In this document: piece by piece, positions 10,353-20,900 of the stretch | Layout of the letters: every line of letters starts with the position of its first letter | Position numbering within the stretch: position 1 is the stretch's first letter | Virus record (IMG/VR): IMGVR_UViG_3300036985_001643 | Coordinates: 15,280 to 79,279 of that record | Source: a virus | DNA length: 64,000 bases | Reading direction: 5' to 3' (one strand) | Program-made: the position numbers and the translations under genes | Notes under the pieces: model-generated | Database searches by the model: none | The model's input: only the letters and a program-made list of their open reading frames with translations | Told to the model about the DNA's origin: nothing

Positions 10353-10807
10353 AGTTAAGCGAACATGTAACATTAAAGGAGTTTTGTGATTCTAACACAG
10401 CAACTGCTAGAGGGATAAATAATACTATTACTAATCCTGTACATTTAGAGAATGCTAAAAAGTGGGCTATTAATGTGTTTGAACCATTAAGAGCTCATGT
10501 AGGTCACGCTATTAGGATTAACTCAGGTTATAGAAGTGCTGCTTTAAACAAAGCTATTCCTGGCTCTTCTACTACTTCTCAACATTGCTTCGGTGAAGCA
10601 GGGGATTTAGATTTACATGATAGAGATCTTTTTGAGTGGATTATAGACAATATTACTTTCGATCAAATGATTTTTGAAGGAGGTACAGAAGATAAAGCTA
10701 ATTGGTTCCACATCTCGTATAGAGAAGGTAGAAACCGTAAAGAAGTATTACGTATGGTAAAAAAAGGTGGTAAATCTACTTACCTTCCTTACAAACGTAA
10801 AAGTTAA
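10349..10807 (+). CDS. Endolysin, peptidase M15A (Zn D-Ala-D-Ala peptidase) family
   Basis: INSGYRS..LN...SQH..GEA.D and WFHISY Zn-ligand motifs. Confidence 0.88.
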   Translation: MKLSEHVTLKEFCDSNTATARGINNTITNPVHLENAKKWAINVFEPLRAHVGHAIRINSGYRSAALNKAIPGSSTTSQHCFGEAGDLDLHDRDLFEWIIDNITFDQMIFEGGTEDKANWFHISYREGRNRKEVLRMVKKGGKSTYLPYKRKS

Positions 10808-10843
10808 TCCTCATAATCCTTTAATACATAAACCCTCTGCAAC

Positions 10844-11161
10844 ATGAACAATCCTATAGAAGATTTAGTAAAATACATTATTGGTCTAGCAATAGTAATT
10901 ATCGGTTACTTTTTAAAAGACATAATGGCTAAATTTAAGAAATTAGAAGAAACTACTACGAAAGATAAAGAGTCTATCTTATTACTTAAATCTAAAGTAC
11001 ATCAACTAGAAGAGAATCATGAGAGTGGTTTTATACAGTTAGAGAAGTTATTTGAAGAAAAGTTTAAACGTTTTGAAGAAAAGTTTACACACATGGAAGG
11101 AACTTTAAAAAACTTTAACGAGTATATTAAGCTTCTTACAGAAGAAATTAAAAAAAAATAA
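10844..11161 (+). CDS. Single-pass membrane coiled-coil protein (holin/spanin-like lysis accessory)
   Basis: N-terminal TM segment YIIGLAIVIIGYFL plus long coiled coil; follows the endolysin. Confidence 0.5.
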   Translation: MNNPIEDLVKYIIGLAIVIIGYFLKDIMAKFKKLEETTTKDKESILLLKSKVHQLEENHESGFIQLEKLFEEKFKRFEEKFTHMEGTLKNFNEYIKLLTEEIKKK

Positions 11162-11191
11162 TCTAATTATTTAACTATAAAATTAGTAGCA

Positions 11192-11326
11192 ATGGCAAAA
11201 GCGACTACAGGTAGTGTTAAAGAAACTATTAAAGTTTCAAGACCAGGAATCCACAGCAAGACCAAAGTGTCTAAGTCTAAGGGTTCTAAGCTTTATGCAA
11301 AAAAGTATAAAGGACAAGGAAGATAA
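11192..11326 (+). CDS. Small highly basic protein (44 aa), not in the ORF track
   Basis: MAKATTGSVKETIKVSRPGIHSKTKVSKSKGSKLYAKKYKGQGR*; fills the gap, A-rich leader. Confidence 0.7.
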   Translation: MAKATTGSVKETIKVSRPGIHSKTKVSKSKGSKLYAKKYKGQGR

Positions 11327-11336
11327 AAAAATAATT

Positions 11337-11348
11337 GTATATTTGTTA
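11337..11348 (+). promoter_or_regulatory. Bacteroidota-type -7 promoter box (TAnnTTTG) within GTATATTTGTTA
   Basis: Identical 12-mer also at 25218..25229; both intergenic. Confidence 0.5.
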
Positions 11349-11350
11349 TT

Positions 11351-12052
11351 ATGTTATCATTAGAAGATTATCACGCACAGATTGATGAGCTATTAGCTAT
11401 CAACTCTATAGAGTCGAGTTACTCTTACGAGATGTATACAGATTTAATCAACGAGCAAAGAGCCTTGTGGATAAGAAACGAGTATAACAAAAATAGATCA
11501 ATAGATCCTTATATTCTACAAGACTTAAATTGTCTAGAGTTAGAACTAGTTAATCCTATTGATTGTTGTATCGATGTACCTGCAGGTTGTAAGGTATTAA
11601 GAACTAAAAAGAAAATACCTAATACTATAGAGTTTTACTTTACTAAAGGTTTAAGCACTGTAGGACCAGCAGATATAATGAAACCTAGATTCGTTCTTAT
11701 AGACTATTCTAGAGTACCTTATATAGGACACGGAAGAACCACAAGTAAATCTATTTATGCTTTCTTATACGGAGGTTATTTATATCTTACTAGTAGAAAT
11801 CTTAGTTACACATTAATTAACTATATTACAGCAAGAGGTATTTTTGAAGATCCTACTGCTTTAGCAGATTATACTAACTGTAGTACTTCAGCAGCTTGTT
11901 GGTCACCTAGTGATCCTTATCCTATGAATCAATGGATGTGGGCATATGTTAAACAACAAGTGTTACAACAATTGATGCAGAAAGGACAGTTTAATACGGA
12001 TGATAATAACAATGCTGATGATCAAAGAGTAGAGAATAATAATTCTAAGTAA
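11351..12052 (+). CDS. crAss-like tail ring/adaptor protein
   Basis: 233 aa with 'RGIFEDP' and 'W..SDPYPM' motifs; position before the IHF-like and tubular genes as in crAss-like tail modules. Confidence 0.55.
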   Translation: MLSLEDYHAQIDELLAINSIESSYSYEMYTDLINEQRALWIRNEYNKNRSIDPYILQDLNCLELELVNPIDCCIDVPAGCKVLRTKKKIPNTIEFYFTKGLSTVGPADIMKPRFVLIDYSRVPYIGHGRTTSKSIYAFLYGGYLYLTSRNLSYTLINYITARGIFEDPTALADYTNCSTSAACWSPSDPYPMNQWMWAYVKQQVLQQLMQKGQFNTDDNNNADDQRVENNNSK

Positions 12053-12056
12053 CTAT

Positions 12057-12569
12057 ATGAGGCAACCACAAGTAACAGCTAATATTAAGAAAAAAGATTT
12101 CAGAGATTTCTACATGAAGAATCATAAAGAAAAATCTTTAACAACTTCTCAGTATAATGCTTTTTTATCAGACTTGTTAAAACGATTAGCAACGGCTATT
12201 GTAGAAGAAGGAATAGAAGTTAAAATAGCTAGAGTAGGGAAAATCAGAGTAAAGACTGAGAAAATGCCAATACTAAACAAAGAGTCTAAGTTTAATAAAC
12301 TTAGTCCTGATTGGCAAGCTACTAAAGCTTATTGGGCAGTTAAGTATCCTGGTTTAACACCAGAGGAACTAAAAGCTATTCCTAATAAAACTTTAATATA
12401 TCACGAAAACAATCACACTGATGGTGAACATTATCGCCATTATTGGGACAAGACAACAAGTATACTAATGAGAGTACACTTGTATAAATTTAAAGCAGCT
12501 AGACAGTTCTCAAGACTAATAGCTAAAACAGTTAAAGATCCAAACCGAAAAGTATTTTATTATGGATAA
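12057..12569 (+). CDS. crAss-like IHF/HU-related DNA-binding protein
   Basis: Basic; IVEEGIEVKIARVGKIRVK HU-like strand, plus DWQATK..W, YHENNHTDG..Y..YWDK and YKFKAAR motifs. Confidence 0.65.
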   Translation: MRQPQVTANIKKKDFRDFYMKNHKEKSLTTSQYNAFLSDLLKRLATAIVEEGIEVKIARVGKIRVKTEKMPILNKESKFNKLSPDWQATKAYWAVKYPGLTPEELKAIPNKTLIYHENNHTDGEHYRHYWDKTTSILMRVHLYKFKAARQFSRLIAKTVKDPNRKVFYYG

Positions 12570-12837
12570 TGAATTAGTACAAAACGAAAAATCTTCTACA
12601 GGTGTAGAATCAGTAGTAAAGATAACTCGTAAAGAGTTTGAAGACGGTGGTTACGAAGAGACTAGAATAGAAGAAGTTGAAGGAGGTTTTATTACAACTG
12701 TGTGTACTCGTAAAAAAGTAAATGGAGAGTGGGAGTATAAAGACGAGAAGTCTGTAAGCACTACTGATCCTACACAAGACAAATCTTCTGAAGGTATAGC
12801 AAACAGATTAGAATCAATCCTTAAAGGCTTAGTATAA
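12562..12837 (+). CDS. Hypothetical acidic protein
   Basis: 91 aa, overlaps both neighbours in an operon-like manner. Confidence 0.5.
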   Translation: MDNELVQNEKSSTGVESVVKITRKEFEDGGYEETRIEEVEGGFITTVCTRKKVNGEWEYKDEKSVSTTDPTQDKSSEGIANRLESILKGLV

Positions 12838-13667
12838 TGCACGCAGGTAAAACAGTTTCCTATAAAGCAATCCTTGATAAAGTTATCAGGGATTTCGGCT
12901 TTAATTACGACATTCAAGAAGAAGAAGGAGTAGAATGGTTGGCAGAGTTCATGGCTCACACTAATGTAGGTGTTACCATGGAGGAGAAAATCGAGTACAT
13001 CCAAATATGTGACGGTAGAGGAGACTTACCTTTTGACTTATACAAGATAGGACAAACTGCTCATATTGAAGGAGTTGACACTATTGAAGAAGCTCAATGT
13101 GGAGAAGGTAAAATGTATCCAATGCGTTGGAAGACTGATTACTTTCACAAACGCTATCACCACGATACTAGAGATTATACTACGGAAGGTAGAGAGACTT
13201 ACACTGTAGGACAAGGTTATATCTTTCCTTCTTTTGATAAAGGTTTTGTAGCAATGTCGTATAGTGCTATCCCTACAGATGACTGTGGATATCCTACTAT
13301 ACCAGCAGAACAAGAATGGTTAGAAGCAGGAGCTCATTATATAGCTCACCGTATATCTCGTAAACTATGGATTAGAGGAGAGTTATCTTCAGAAAAGATG
13401 CAGTTTATTGAAAGAGATAAAGAATGGTACTTCGCTCAAGCTGTTAATCATGCTAAACAATGGAACGGTGTTGACGAAGCAGAAACTGTTAAGAATAGTG
13501 TAGTAAGAACTATACCTGACTTACAGGCTCACTCATCATTCTTTGCTAACATGCAATTACCGGAACAACGTAAATTTAGACCTAAAGCAGGTACAGGTTT
13601 AGTATCTACTATTAATGTACTTAGCCAAAACGCTCAAGGTTCTAATCCAGCAACCGTAACACCGTAA
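12837..13667 (+). CDS. Tail tubular/ring protein (P22 gp4-like, crAss type)
   Basis: LP.DL, YTVGQGYIFPSF..G...MSY.AIPTD.CGYP.IP motifs; directly upstream of the muzzle gene. Confidence 0.7.
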   Translation: MHAGKTVSYKAILDKVIRDFGFNYDIQEEEGVEWLAEFMAHTNVGVTMEEKIEYIQICDGRGDLPFDLYKIGQTAHIEGVDTIEEAQCGEGKMYPMRWKTDYFHKRYHHDTRDYTTEGRETYTVGQGYIFPSFDKGFVAMSYSAIPTDDCGYPTIPAEQEWLEAGAHYIAHRISRKLWIRGELSSEKMQFIERDKEWYFAQAVNHAKQWNGVDEAETVKNSVVRTIPDLQAHSSFFANMQLPEQRKFRPKAGTGLVSTINVLSQNAQGSNPATVTP

Positions 13668-13673
13668 AACAAT

Positions 13674-16600
13674 ATGGAAACTCACGTAAATACTTATCAA
13701 GGATTAAACAAGGATACTGCTTACGATAGTATTCCTGCTAATCAATATATAGATGCCAAAGATATTAGAATAACTACTACTAGTGGGGAATCCCAAGGTG
13801 CTTATACTAATATCAAAGGTAACACTTTGAGTTTCTCAATTCCTACATCAGGTACTTTTAATGGTGGTTCTTGGACAGCTTTAAACCCTGAAGTAATAGG
13901 ACACACTACTATTAGAAATAGAATAATATTATTAGTAGCTGATGATTCAGATACTAAAGGTTGGGTATATGTAGTAGAGTATGATCCTGCTACTAAAGCT
14001 ATTAACCCAGGTTTTCCCGAGTTAAAATACTACAATCCTAATTTTAATTTTAAAAAAGAATGGCCAATAGAAGCATTAGGTAGATTCGAATCTAACTGTA
14101 TGCAAAGATTATATTGGTCAGATTACAATAACTTCTTTAGGTCTCTAAACTTAGAAGATCCTAATATAACTACTCTTACTGCAGGAGAAATAGATTTGTT
14201 TCCTGATGTACAATACTATACTCCATTAATTAAAGTAATAGCTTCAGGTTCTTTACTAACAGGTGAATGGCAGTTTGCTTACCGTTTAACAACAGCTGAT
14301 GGTAAACAATCTTTAATATCTCCTCCAAGTGCTTTAACTCACATTGTATCTAAGTCTGAATCTTTAGTACAGTCTGCTCAATATGTAGGTAATATTACAC
14401 CTGCAGGTTCGGGAAAATCTGTATCTATCGATATCAACACTGCTAGTTATACAGCCTTTGATAAGATAGAACTTATCTCTATCTATACTGGTTCTAGTAC
14501 TGCTACTCCTGTAGTCAAAAGTGTTGAAACTAAGTCTATTAATGGGCAAAGTACTATCAACTTTGTATGTACAGGTAGCGAAACAGAGGCTTATGTTATT
14601 GAGTTACTTACTTATACTAACAAAAACTATTCTTTTAAGACTCCTAAAACGATGACTCAAAAGGATAATAGTTTAGTTATAGCTAACATAAAAACTTCTT
14701 CTATATCAATCAATGAGTTATTACCTCAAGGAGAAAGTTTTAACGCTAATACTTTAAGATACTTAAGTGACGGAGTTACTCCTTGTAGTAACTCTTTTAA
14801 TAAAGAATTAAACGATGATGCTCAGTGGAATAGTACTTGGCATTCTACTAAACAATATAAATTTCAACCTGCTCCTAACAATACTATACTAGGAGGTAAA
14901 GGACCAAACATCAGTTACAAGTTCTCTTTAGAACCTTTTACTTTAGATGCTTCCAATACACCAGGTTTTGTTAACATTTCTAATACACCCGATTATGTTC
15001 TTACTCACAATTTTAATGACGGTTATGGGACTTACACTAATAGTACTTACCCTAACTTCGCTTCACCTTTCCTTTCTGGAGTCATGCGAGGATACAAACG
15101 AGGAGAAACCTACAGATTTGGAATTGTTTTCTACACCAAAAAAGGAGAAGCAACGTTTGTAGAACATATTGGAGACATTAAGTTTCCCGATATTTCTGAA
15201 CCAAACGGTGTAGACACTGTCCCAGGAACAGGTATTAAGTATTGGCCATTAACTTTAGTTGATGCAACTAGTTTTGCTTATCCTGTAACTATAGGTTATT
15301 CTATGGGTATAGAGTTTACTATTGACTTTAGTACGTGTCCTTCTTTAGCTTTAGAAATCGAGAGTTATCAAATAGTAAGAGTAAAAAGAGAGGAAGCTGA
15401 TAAACGTAGATTAACTCAAGGAGTTGTTAAAAGTTTCTATAATGCTCCTACAGGTAACACTACTCCTAAAGATTTTGACCTACGTGTTAGTGGAAGTGTT
15501 AACTCTTTACACTTATTTCCTGTGTACCCCAAAGGTAATTTTGGATCTATTTCAGGTACTACTACTAATGCTAATTTTTTAACACTTGGTGATAATAACG
15601 AAGGAAATAGTGCTATTGCTCAATTCGAAAATTACTATCTAAAAGGACAATACTTAAGTATGTATTCTCCAGAAATAAGTTACGGATGGGATAACGTAAG
15701 AGGTTTAACTTCTAATGTATCAAGTAATCCTTGTTTGCTTATAACAGGTGCTTATTCTACAAGAACAGAAAACGTTGTAGACGCAGGAAGAGATTTATCT
15801 GCTAAAAACATAGGACAACACGATCAAGATATTAGATATCATCATAAATTAACATTACCTGTTAACTTTCAAACAATAGAGAATATTAAACAAATAGTTA
15901 ATGCTACGACTATAACTATGGAAGACACTTCTGTTATTGATGATAAAGTAACAGGTCTTTGGGGAAGTTCTTACTTACGTAATTACTATGCTATTCCTGA
16001 TTATAATAAAAATACAGCTACGTTAAACGATCCTCAAGATGGTGCAGGTACTTCAGATAGAGCAGAGTTATATAGAGCAGGTACTAGTGTACTCACTCAA
16101 ATAGCTAAAATATCTACTGACTTCTTAACAGGTGCTACTATAACACCTACTGCTTATAATAGTTTTACCTACGGTTCATCAAAAGTTATAGTAGAAGACG
16201 CTGTAACAAGAGCTAATGCTAGTGCTACTGTACAAGAAGAATCTTTTCCAATAGTAGAAGTAGTAATACCTAGAGTAGAAGTATATGGTGGAGCCGATCA
16301 AAACGCACTAGAAGCTAATATTTTTATTCAAGCTTCACCTGTTATTGATATTGCTAATACTAATCCTACTGTTTACGGAGGAGATACTTTTATTAACATG
16401 TATACTCTACAGTCTAGTATGTTAGAAATTACTAATACTTCGTACTATGGTAATAACAAATATCACACTAACAGTGCTCACACTGAAGTATATCCAGTAG
16501 AGTCTTTTATCAATATAGACTTAGACTGTGGAGCTACTATTAAGAGAGGTGTTAAATATACTTTTGATGGTTTACAAGATACTATTCTTAGACAAGAAGG

Positions 16601-17972
16601 TAATAATAGTCAAACAGATTATGGGTATGATTACGCAATGTACAAGTACAATGCTGTATACTCTGTAGAGAACAGTGACGTAACATTCTTTGTTAAACCT
16701 TCTAATAGTTTAGATTGTTCGGTAATCACTAATGATACTAGAGCTTATCTTTCTGATGTTAAAACTAACGGAGAGTTAGTAGATTCATGGACAAAGTTTG
16801 GTACTAATAACTTTTACGATATTGATGACTACGGTCCTATTAATAAGATAGTTAACTGGCAAGATCAAGTACACTTTATTCAAGATAGAGCTGTAGGTGT
16901 TTATGCTATTAATAGAGCTGCTATTACTACTACTTCTGATGGTGTTCCTACTTCTTTAGGAACAGGTCAAGGTTTTGGTAAACACCAATACTATACTAAA
17001 GAATATGGAAGTATTCACCAATGGGGTATCAAAACTACGGATCAAGGTATCTACTTTTTTGATGCTTTACACCGTAAGATATTTATGACTGCTGGACAAT
17101 CTGCTCCTCTATCAGAGATAAAAGGTATCCATAGTTTATTACAAACTTTACCTGACCAAGTGTTCTTAAGAAAAGAACATGGAGGTGATGCTCCAACTAT
17201 GGGAGTAGGAGTAGTGTTAGGAAGAGATGCTATTAATGATGAAGTATTGTTTACTTTTTTAAGTGGAAATAAACCTACAGGTTTACTTTTATCTTATACT
17301 TTTCCTATAGGTTCTATTATTTGGGTAGGTCAATACTACTATGTTACTAGTGAATTTACTACTACTGAAGATCCTACAGCTTCGTTAGTACTAATGTTTC
17401 AGAATGTTACACAAGCTACTCAAGAACAGTTACTTAACGGTACTACTTTAGTATATGACGAACTTGCACAACAATTCTCTTCTTTCTATTCTACTACTCC
17501 TAAAACTTGGATAGAGAACTCTGACATTCTAATGTCTCCTAATCCTTTACAAGGTAAAGATATCTACACTCACAATATAGGTAACTATGGTGAGTTCTAC
17601 GGTATTGTAGAAGAATGCTCTATATCTATTGTGATTAATCCACAAGCAGATATCAACAAGATATTAAGAACTATAGAGTTTAACTCTGTAGTAAGAGATG
17701 CTAACAAAGTAGTAGACCGTACACAGACTATTACAGGTTTTAGAATTAATAACCAATACCAAGATACGGGTGTTGTTCCTTATTCATCAGGTAGAATTAA
17801 ACGTAAGTTTGACAAGTGGAGAGTAAAGATTCCTAGAGATCAAAACACTATTAATAAACACGGACGTTTGAGAAGTTCTTATTTTGTATTAACTTTATAC
17901 TTTGATAACTCTTATAACAAAGAGTTAATAATGAACAGAGTGCTTACTTATTTTGATTATCAAGTATTTTAA
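13674..17972 (+). CDS. Tail stabilisation/muzzle protein (P22 gp10-like, crAss type)
   Basis: 1432 aa; N-terminal GLNKD...DAKDIR, LYWSDYNN..R.LN, GYKRGETYRFGIVFY, GGDTFI, YGPI, YFFD motifs; synteny. Confidence 0.8.
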   Translation: METHVNTYQGLNKDTAYDSIPANQYIDAKDIRITTTSGESQGAYTNIKGNTLSFSIPTSGTFNGGSWTALNPEVIGHTTIRNRIILLVADDSDTKGWVYVVEYDPATKAINPGFPELKYYNPNFNFKKEWPIEALGRFESNCMQRLYWSDYNNFFRSLNLEDPNITTLTAGEIDLFPDVQYYTPLIKVIASGSLLTGEWQFAYRLTTADGKQSLISPPSALTHIVSKSESLVQSAQYVGNITPAGSGKSVSIDINTASYTAFDKIELISIYTGSSTATPVVKSVETKSINGQSTINFVCTGSETEAYVIELLTYTNKNYSFKTPKTMTQKDNSLVIANIKTSSISINELLPQGESFNANTLRYLSDGVTPCSNSFNKELNDDAQWNSTWHSTKQYKFQPAPNNTILGGKGPNISYKFSLEPFTLDASNTPGFVNISNTPDYVLTHNFNDGYGTYTNSTYPNFASPFLSGVMRGYKRGETYRFGIVFYTKKGEATFVEHIGDIKFPDISEPNGVDTVPGTGIKYWPLTLVDATSFAYPVTIGYSMGIEFTIDFSTCPSLALEIESYQIVRVKREEADKRRLTQGVVKSFYNAPTGNTTPKDFDLRVSGSVNSLHLFPVYPKGNFGSISGTTTNANFLTLGDNNEGNSAIAQFENYYLKGQYLSMYSPEISYGWDNVRGLTSNVSSNPCLLITGAYSTRTENVVDAGRDLSAKNIGQHDQDIRYHHKLTLPVNFQTIENIKQIVNATTITMEDTSVIDDKVTGLWGSSYLRNYYAIPDYNKNTATLNDPQDGAGTSDRAELYRAGTSVLTQIAKISTDFLTGATITPTAYNSFTYGSSKVIVEDAVTRANASATVQEESFPIVEVVIPRVEVYGGADQNALEANIFIQASPVIDIANTNPTVYGGDTFINMYTLQSSMLEITNTSYYGNNKYHTNSAHTEVYPVESFINIDLDCGATIKRGVKYTFDGLQDTILRQEGNNSQTDYGYDYAMYKYNAVYSVENSDVTFFVKPSNSLDCSVITNDTRAYLSDVKTNGELVDSWTKFGTNNFYDIDDYGPINKIVNWQDQVHFIQDRAVGVYAINRAAITTTSDGVPTSLGTGQGFGKHQYYTKEYGSIHQWGIKTTDQGIYFFDALHRKIFMTAGQSAPLSEIKGIHSLLQTLPDQVFLRKEHGGDAPTMGVGVVLGRDAINDEVLFTFLSGNKPTGLLLSYTFPIGSIIWVGQYYYVTSEFTTTEDPTASLVLMFQNVTQATQEQLLNGTTLVYDELAQQFSSFYSTTPKTWIENSDILMSPNPLQGKDIYTHNIGNYGEFYGIVEECSISIVINPQADINKILRTIEFNSVVRDANKVVDRTQTITGFRINNQYQDTGVVPYSSGRIKRKFDKWRVKIPRDQNTINKHGRLRSSYFVLTLYFDNSYNKELIMNRVLTYFDYQVF

Positions 17973-17974
17973 TT

Positions 17975-20900
17975 ATGGCAAAGCAGAATATTCCCCCAAG
18001 AAAACCGTTAGCAATAAGTAATCCTAAAGAGTTTGCTTATAGAGATCAAATGTATTCGGATAGTTTAAGTTTATACAATACAAATAAAGCAGACTTGCTT
18101 TTTGGTAATCTTAAAAAGACAGATAAAAATACGTACAATAAATACGAAAAAGAAAGAGAACTTGTAAATAATGCAAATCCAAGATGGAACTCTAAAGGTA
18201 AATTTCCAGTAACTACTAAAGAAGGGTTGATTAAAACTTCTACATGGTTAGATAAAAATGGAAATCCTGAATGGGGAAAATATAAAACATTTAATCCTGT
18301 TACAGGCACTACTAAAGAATATACTATTGGAAATAAATTATATGAGGTATCCAATGATCATATTAAACCTATTAAAACTGATTACTTTACAGGTACTACA
18401 CAATTTGGACGTATACAGGAGAAAAAAAATTATTATAAAAAACCTGTACAACCTGTAACGTTTGTACCTGAAACTCCTAAAGCAGTAAACTCTTCAAAGC
18501 CACCAATAAACCAATATAAAAAATCTATTTCATCTGAACCTGTTAAAAAACAAATGACAGTACCTGTACAAAATTCTGTACAAAAAACAATGCGTGTACC
18601 AGTTCAGGGTGTAGAAGAGTATTGGGTTAAAGATCCTGTATTAGGAAATGTAAAAAGACAAAAACCAGTTACTACATATAGAGAAGTTCCTTGGACAGAT
18701 GAGGCTCCTAGTAGTCAAAATTATAATATTAATACCGGTACTCTTCAAGACAATAAAAATAAAGCAAAAACATATGATGTACCAGATTCTGTAAAAGGTA
18801 TTACATTTGCAGGTGGTGGATCATTAGGTGACGGAACCTCTTCTTCAAAATTAGTAATACGTCAGAGTAAAAATCCTAGCAAGTTAGAATTTTCTCCATA
18901 TACAGTATCACAAGAAAACCCATATGGTAGTGGGGCTATGAGTACTATAAAGTATACTAGTCCTGCTCTTAAACCTATAAAAGGAGGGTTAGCAGGTAAC
19001 AAACCTTATTTAACAGGTAGATTGGGTTTAGGTTTAAACGATTCTAGTAAAGATATACAATTAGGAATAACATCGGTGGGACCAAAAACACCAGGTAAAG
19101 TAGCAACAGATTCTTATGCAAATTTAGGTTATAACACAGAAAATGGTTTAAACGCAAATGCAGGATGGAATACTAGATTAAATTTTGGTAATGCTGCAAA
19201 CTTAAGAAAACCAGGAGACGTAAATGCTTACATGGGAGTATCTCCACAAATAAGTGTAGGTAAAAAATTAGATGCTTCTGTACCATTGACTGCAGGTCTT
19301 GAATATAAACCTAGCAAGCTTCCTTTGTCTTTATATGCTAATGCATCATATGCTCCTCAAATTGCTCAAAGAATATCGGATAAGTTTAACCCTAACGAAA
19401 AGTTTAATGTTTCAGCAGGTTTAAAACTAAACATACCTAGTGCAAAAATAAAGAAAAGTCCAAAACCAAAAACTACTCCTTCTCCAATCCCTGAAGCTAA
19501 TTGGGTAAAAGAGTTAGGAGGACAATTATTTGCAGATGGTGGTCCATTAAACGATATAAACAACGGTCAATACTTAAACAGTGTATATGCTTCAGCTTTA
19601 GGTAATTACTATCCTGATGGTGGTCCTATTAATACAGACGGACCAAGAGCAACAGAACCAGGTTACCTTACAGATTCACAAATGAAAGCTAAAATGGCTT
19701 ATGAACAAGCTATTGGTAATCCGGCAGCTAGTCGTATGTTATCATTAAACCCTAAAACAGGTATGACACCTGAAGGAATGGGTACTCATTATATGTCAAG
19801 TTTTGATAATTATGCTGTTCCTACCTTACAAGATAGAGGAGGTTCAGAATTAGAATATAACGAGAATCCTTCACCAAGTAGAGAAGACTTTAGATTTCAA
19901 ACTCCTGAGGAAGCAAATTACTTTGCGACACATTATAAAACAGTTGCTCCTATGATGACAGGGCAATATAAAAACGGAGGACAATTTCCTACACCTTATT
20001 CTTTACCTGAGGATAATTTTAAACAAGGAGGTAACAATTTACACAACAGTGTATATGCATCGTCTCCTGCTCAATACCCTGCTCCTTATGGGTTAGGAGG
20101 TTACATAGGAGAATCTACACGTCAACAAATGTACATGCCTTTAGATCATGTAACTAAAAATGGTGGTAGTATTTTATCAATGTCTAACACTCCACAATTA
20201 GAAGGAGAAGGTAAAGACTTAAGTGAACCAAAAAATTCTTATATTTACAATCAAGGAGGTTTAATAAACAACAATATGAAAAATAGTTTCAACAACCAAG
20301 GTTTTATGTCTTTACCTAAGGAGGTACAAGATAAAATTAGAGCTAACAGTTTTGCTAACGGAGGTCCTTTAACAGAGTTCAACGAAGGTGGTACACATGA
20401 AGAAAATCCATTAGGTGGTATCCCTCAAGGTGTGGCTCCAGACGGAGGTACAAACCTTGTAGAACAAGGAGAGACTAAATTAAATAGTGCTAACTATATA
20501 TTCTCTGATACTTTAAAAGTAGATAAAGAAACTGCAGCAAGTTTAGGAATAAACAACGCTGTAGGTAAAACTTTTGCAGAGTTGTCTAAAAAGATGAATA
20601 GACCAAACTCTCGTAGAGAGAATGATACTATTGAAGAGAATGCTAAGAAAAGAGATTTAGATTCTTTAATGCAAGCTCAAGAAGAGTTTAAACAAAAAGA
20701 AGCTCTTAAAAAGTTAGAAGAAATACAATCATTAGATCCTAACTTATTAGGAAGTTTAATGGGACAAGGACAAGGACAACCTGTTGAGCCTCAACAAGAT
20801 CCTAATCTTATGCAGCAGCCGATGGGTAGTGAACAACCTGGAGGGCAACCTCCCGTTGATCCTGCAATGCAACAAATGATGGCTCAGCAAGGAGGTTCTC

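Noticed and set aside
11051-11087. Short direct repeat tttgaagaaaagttta
   Set aside because: Encodes a heptad-spaced FEEKF repeat in a coiled coil
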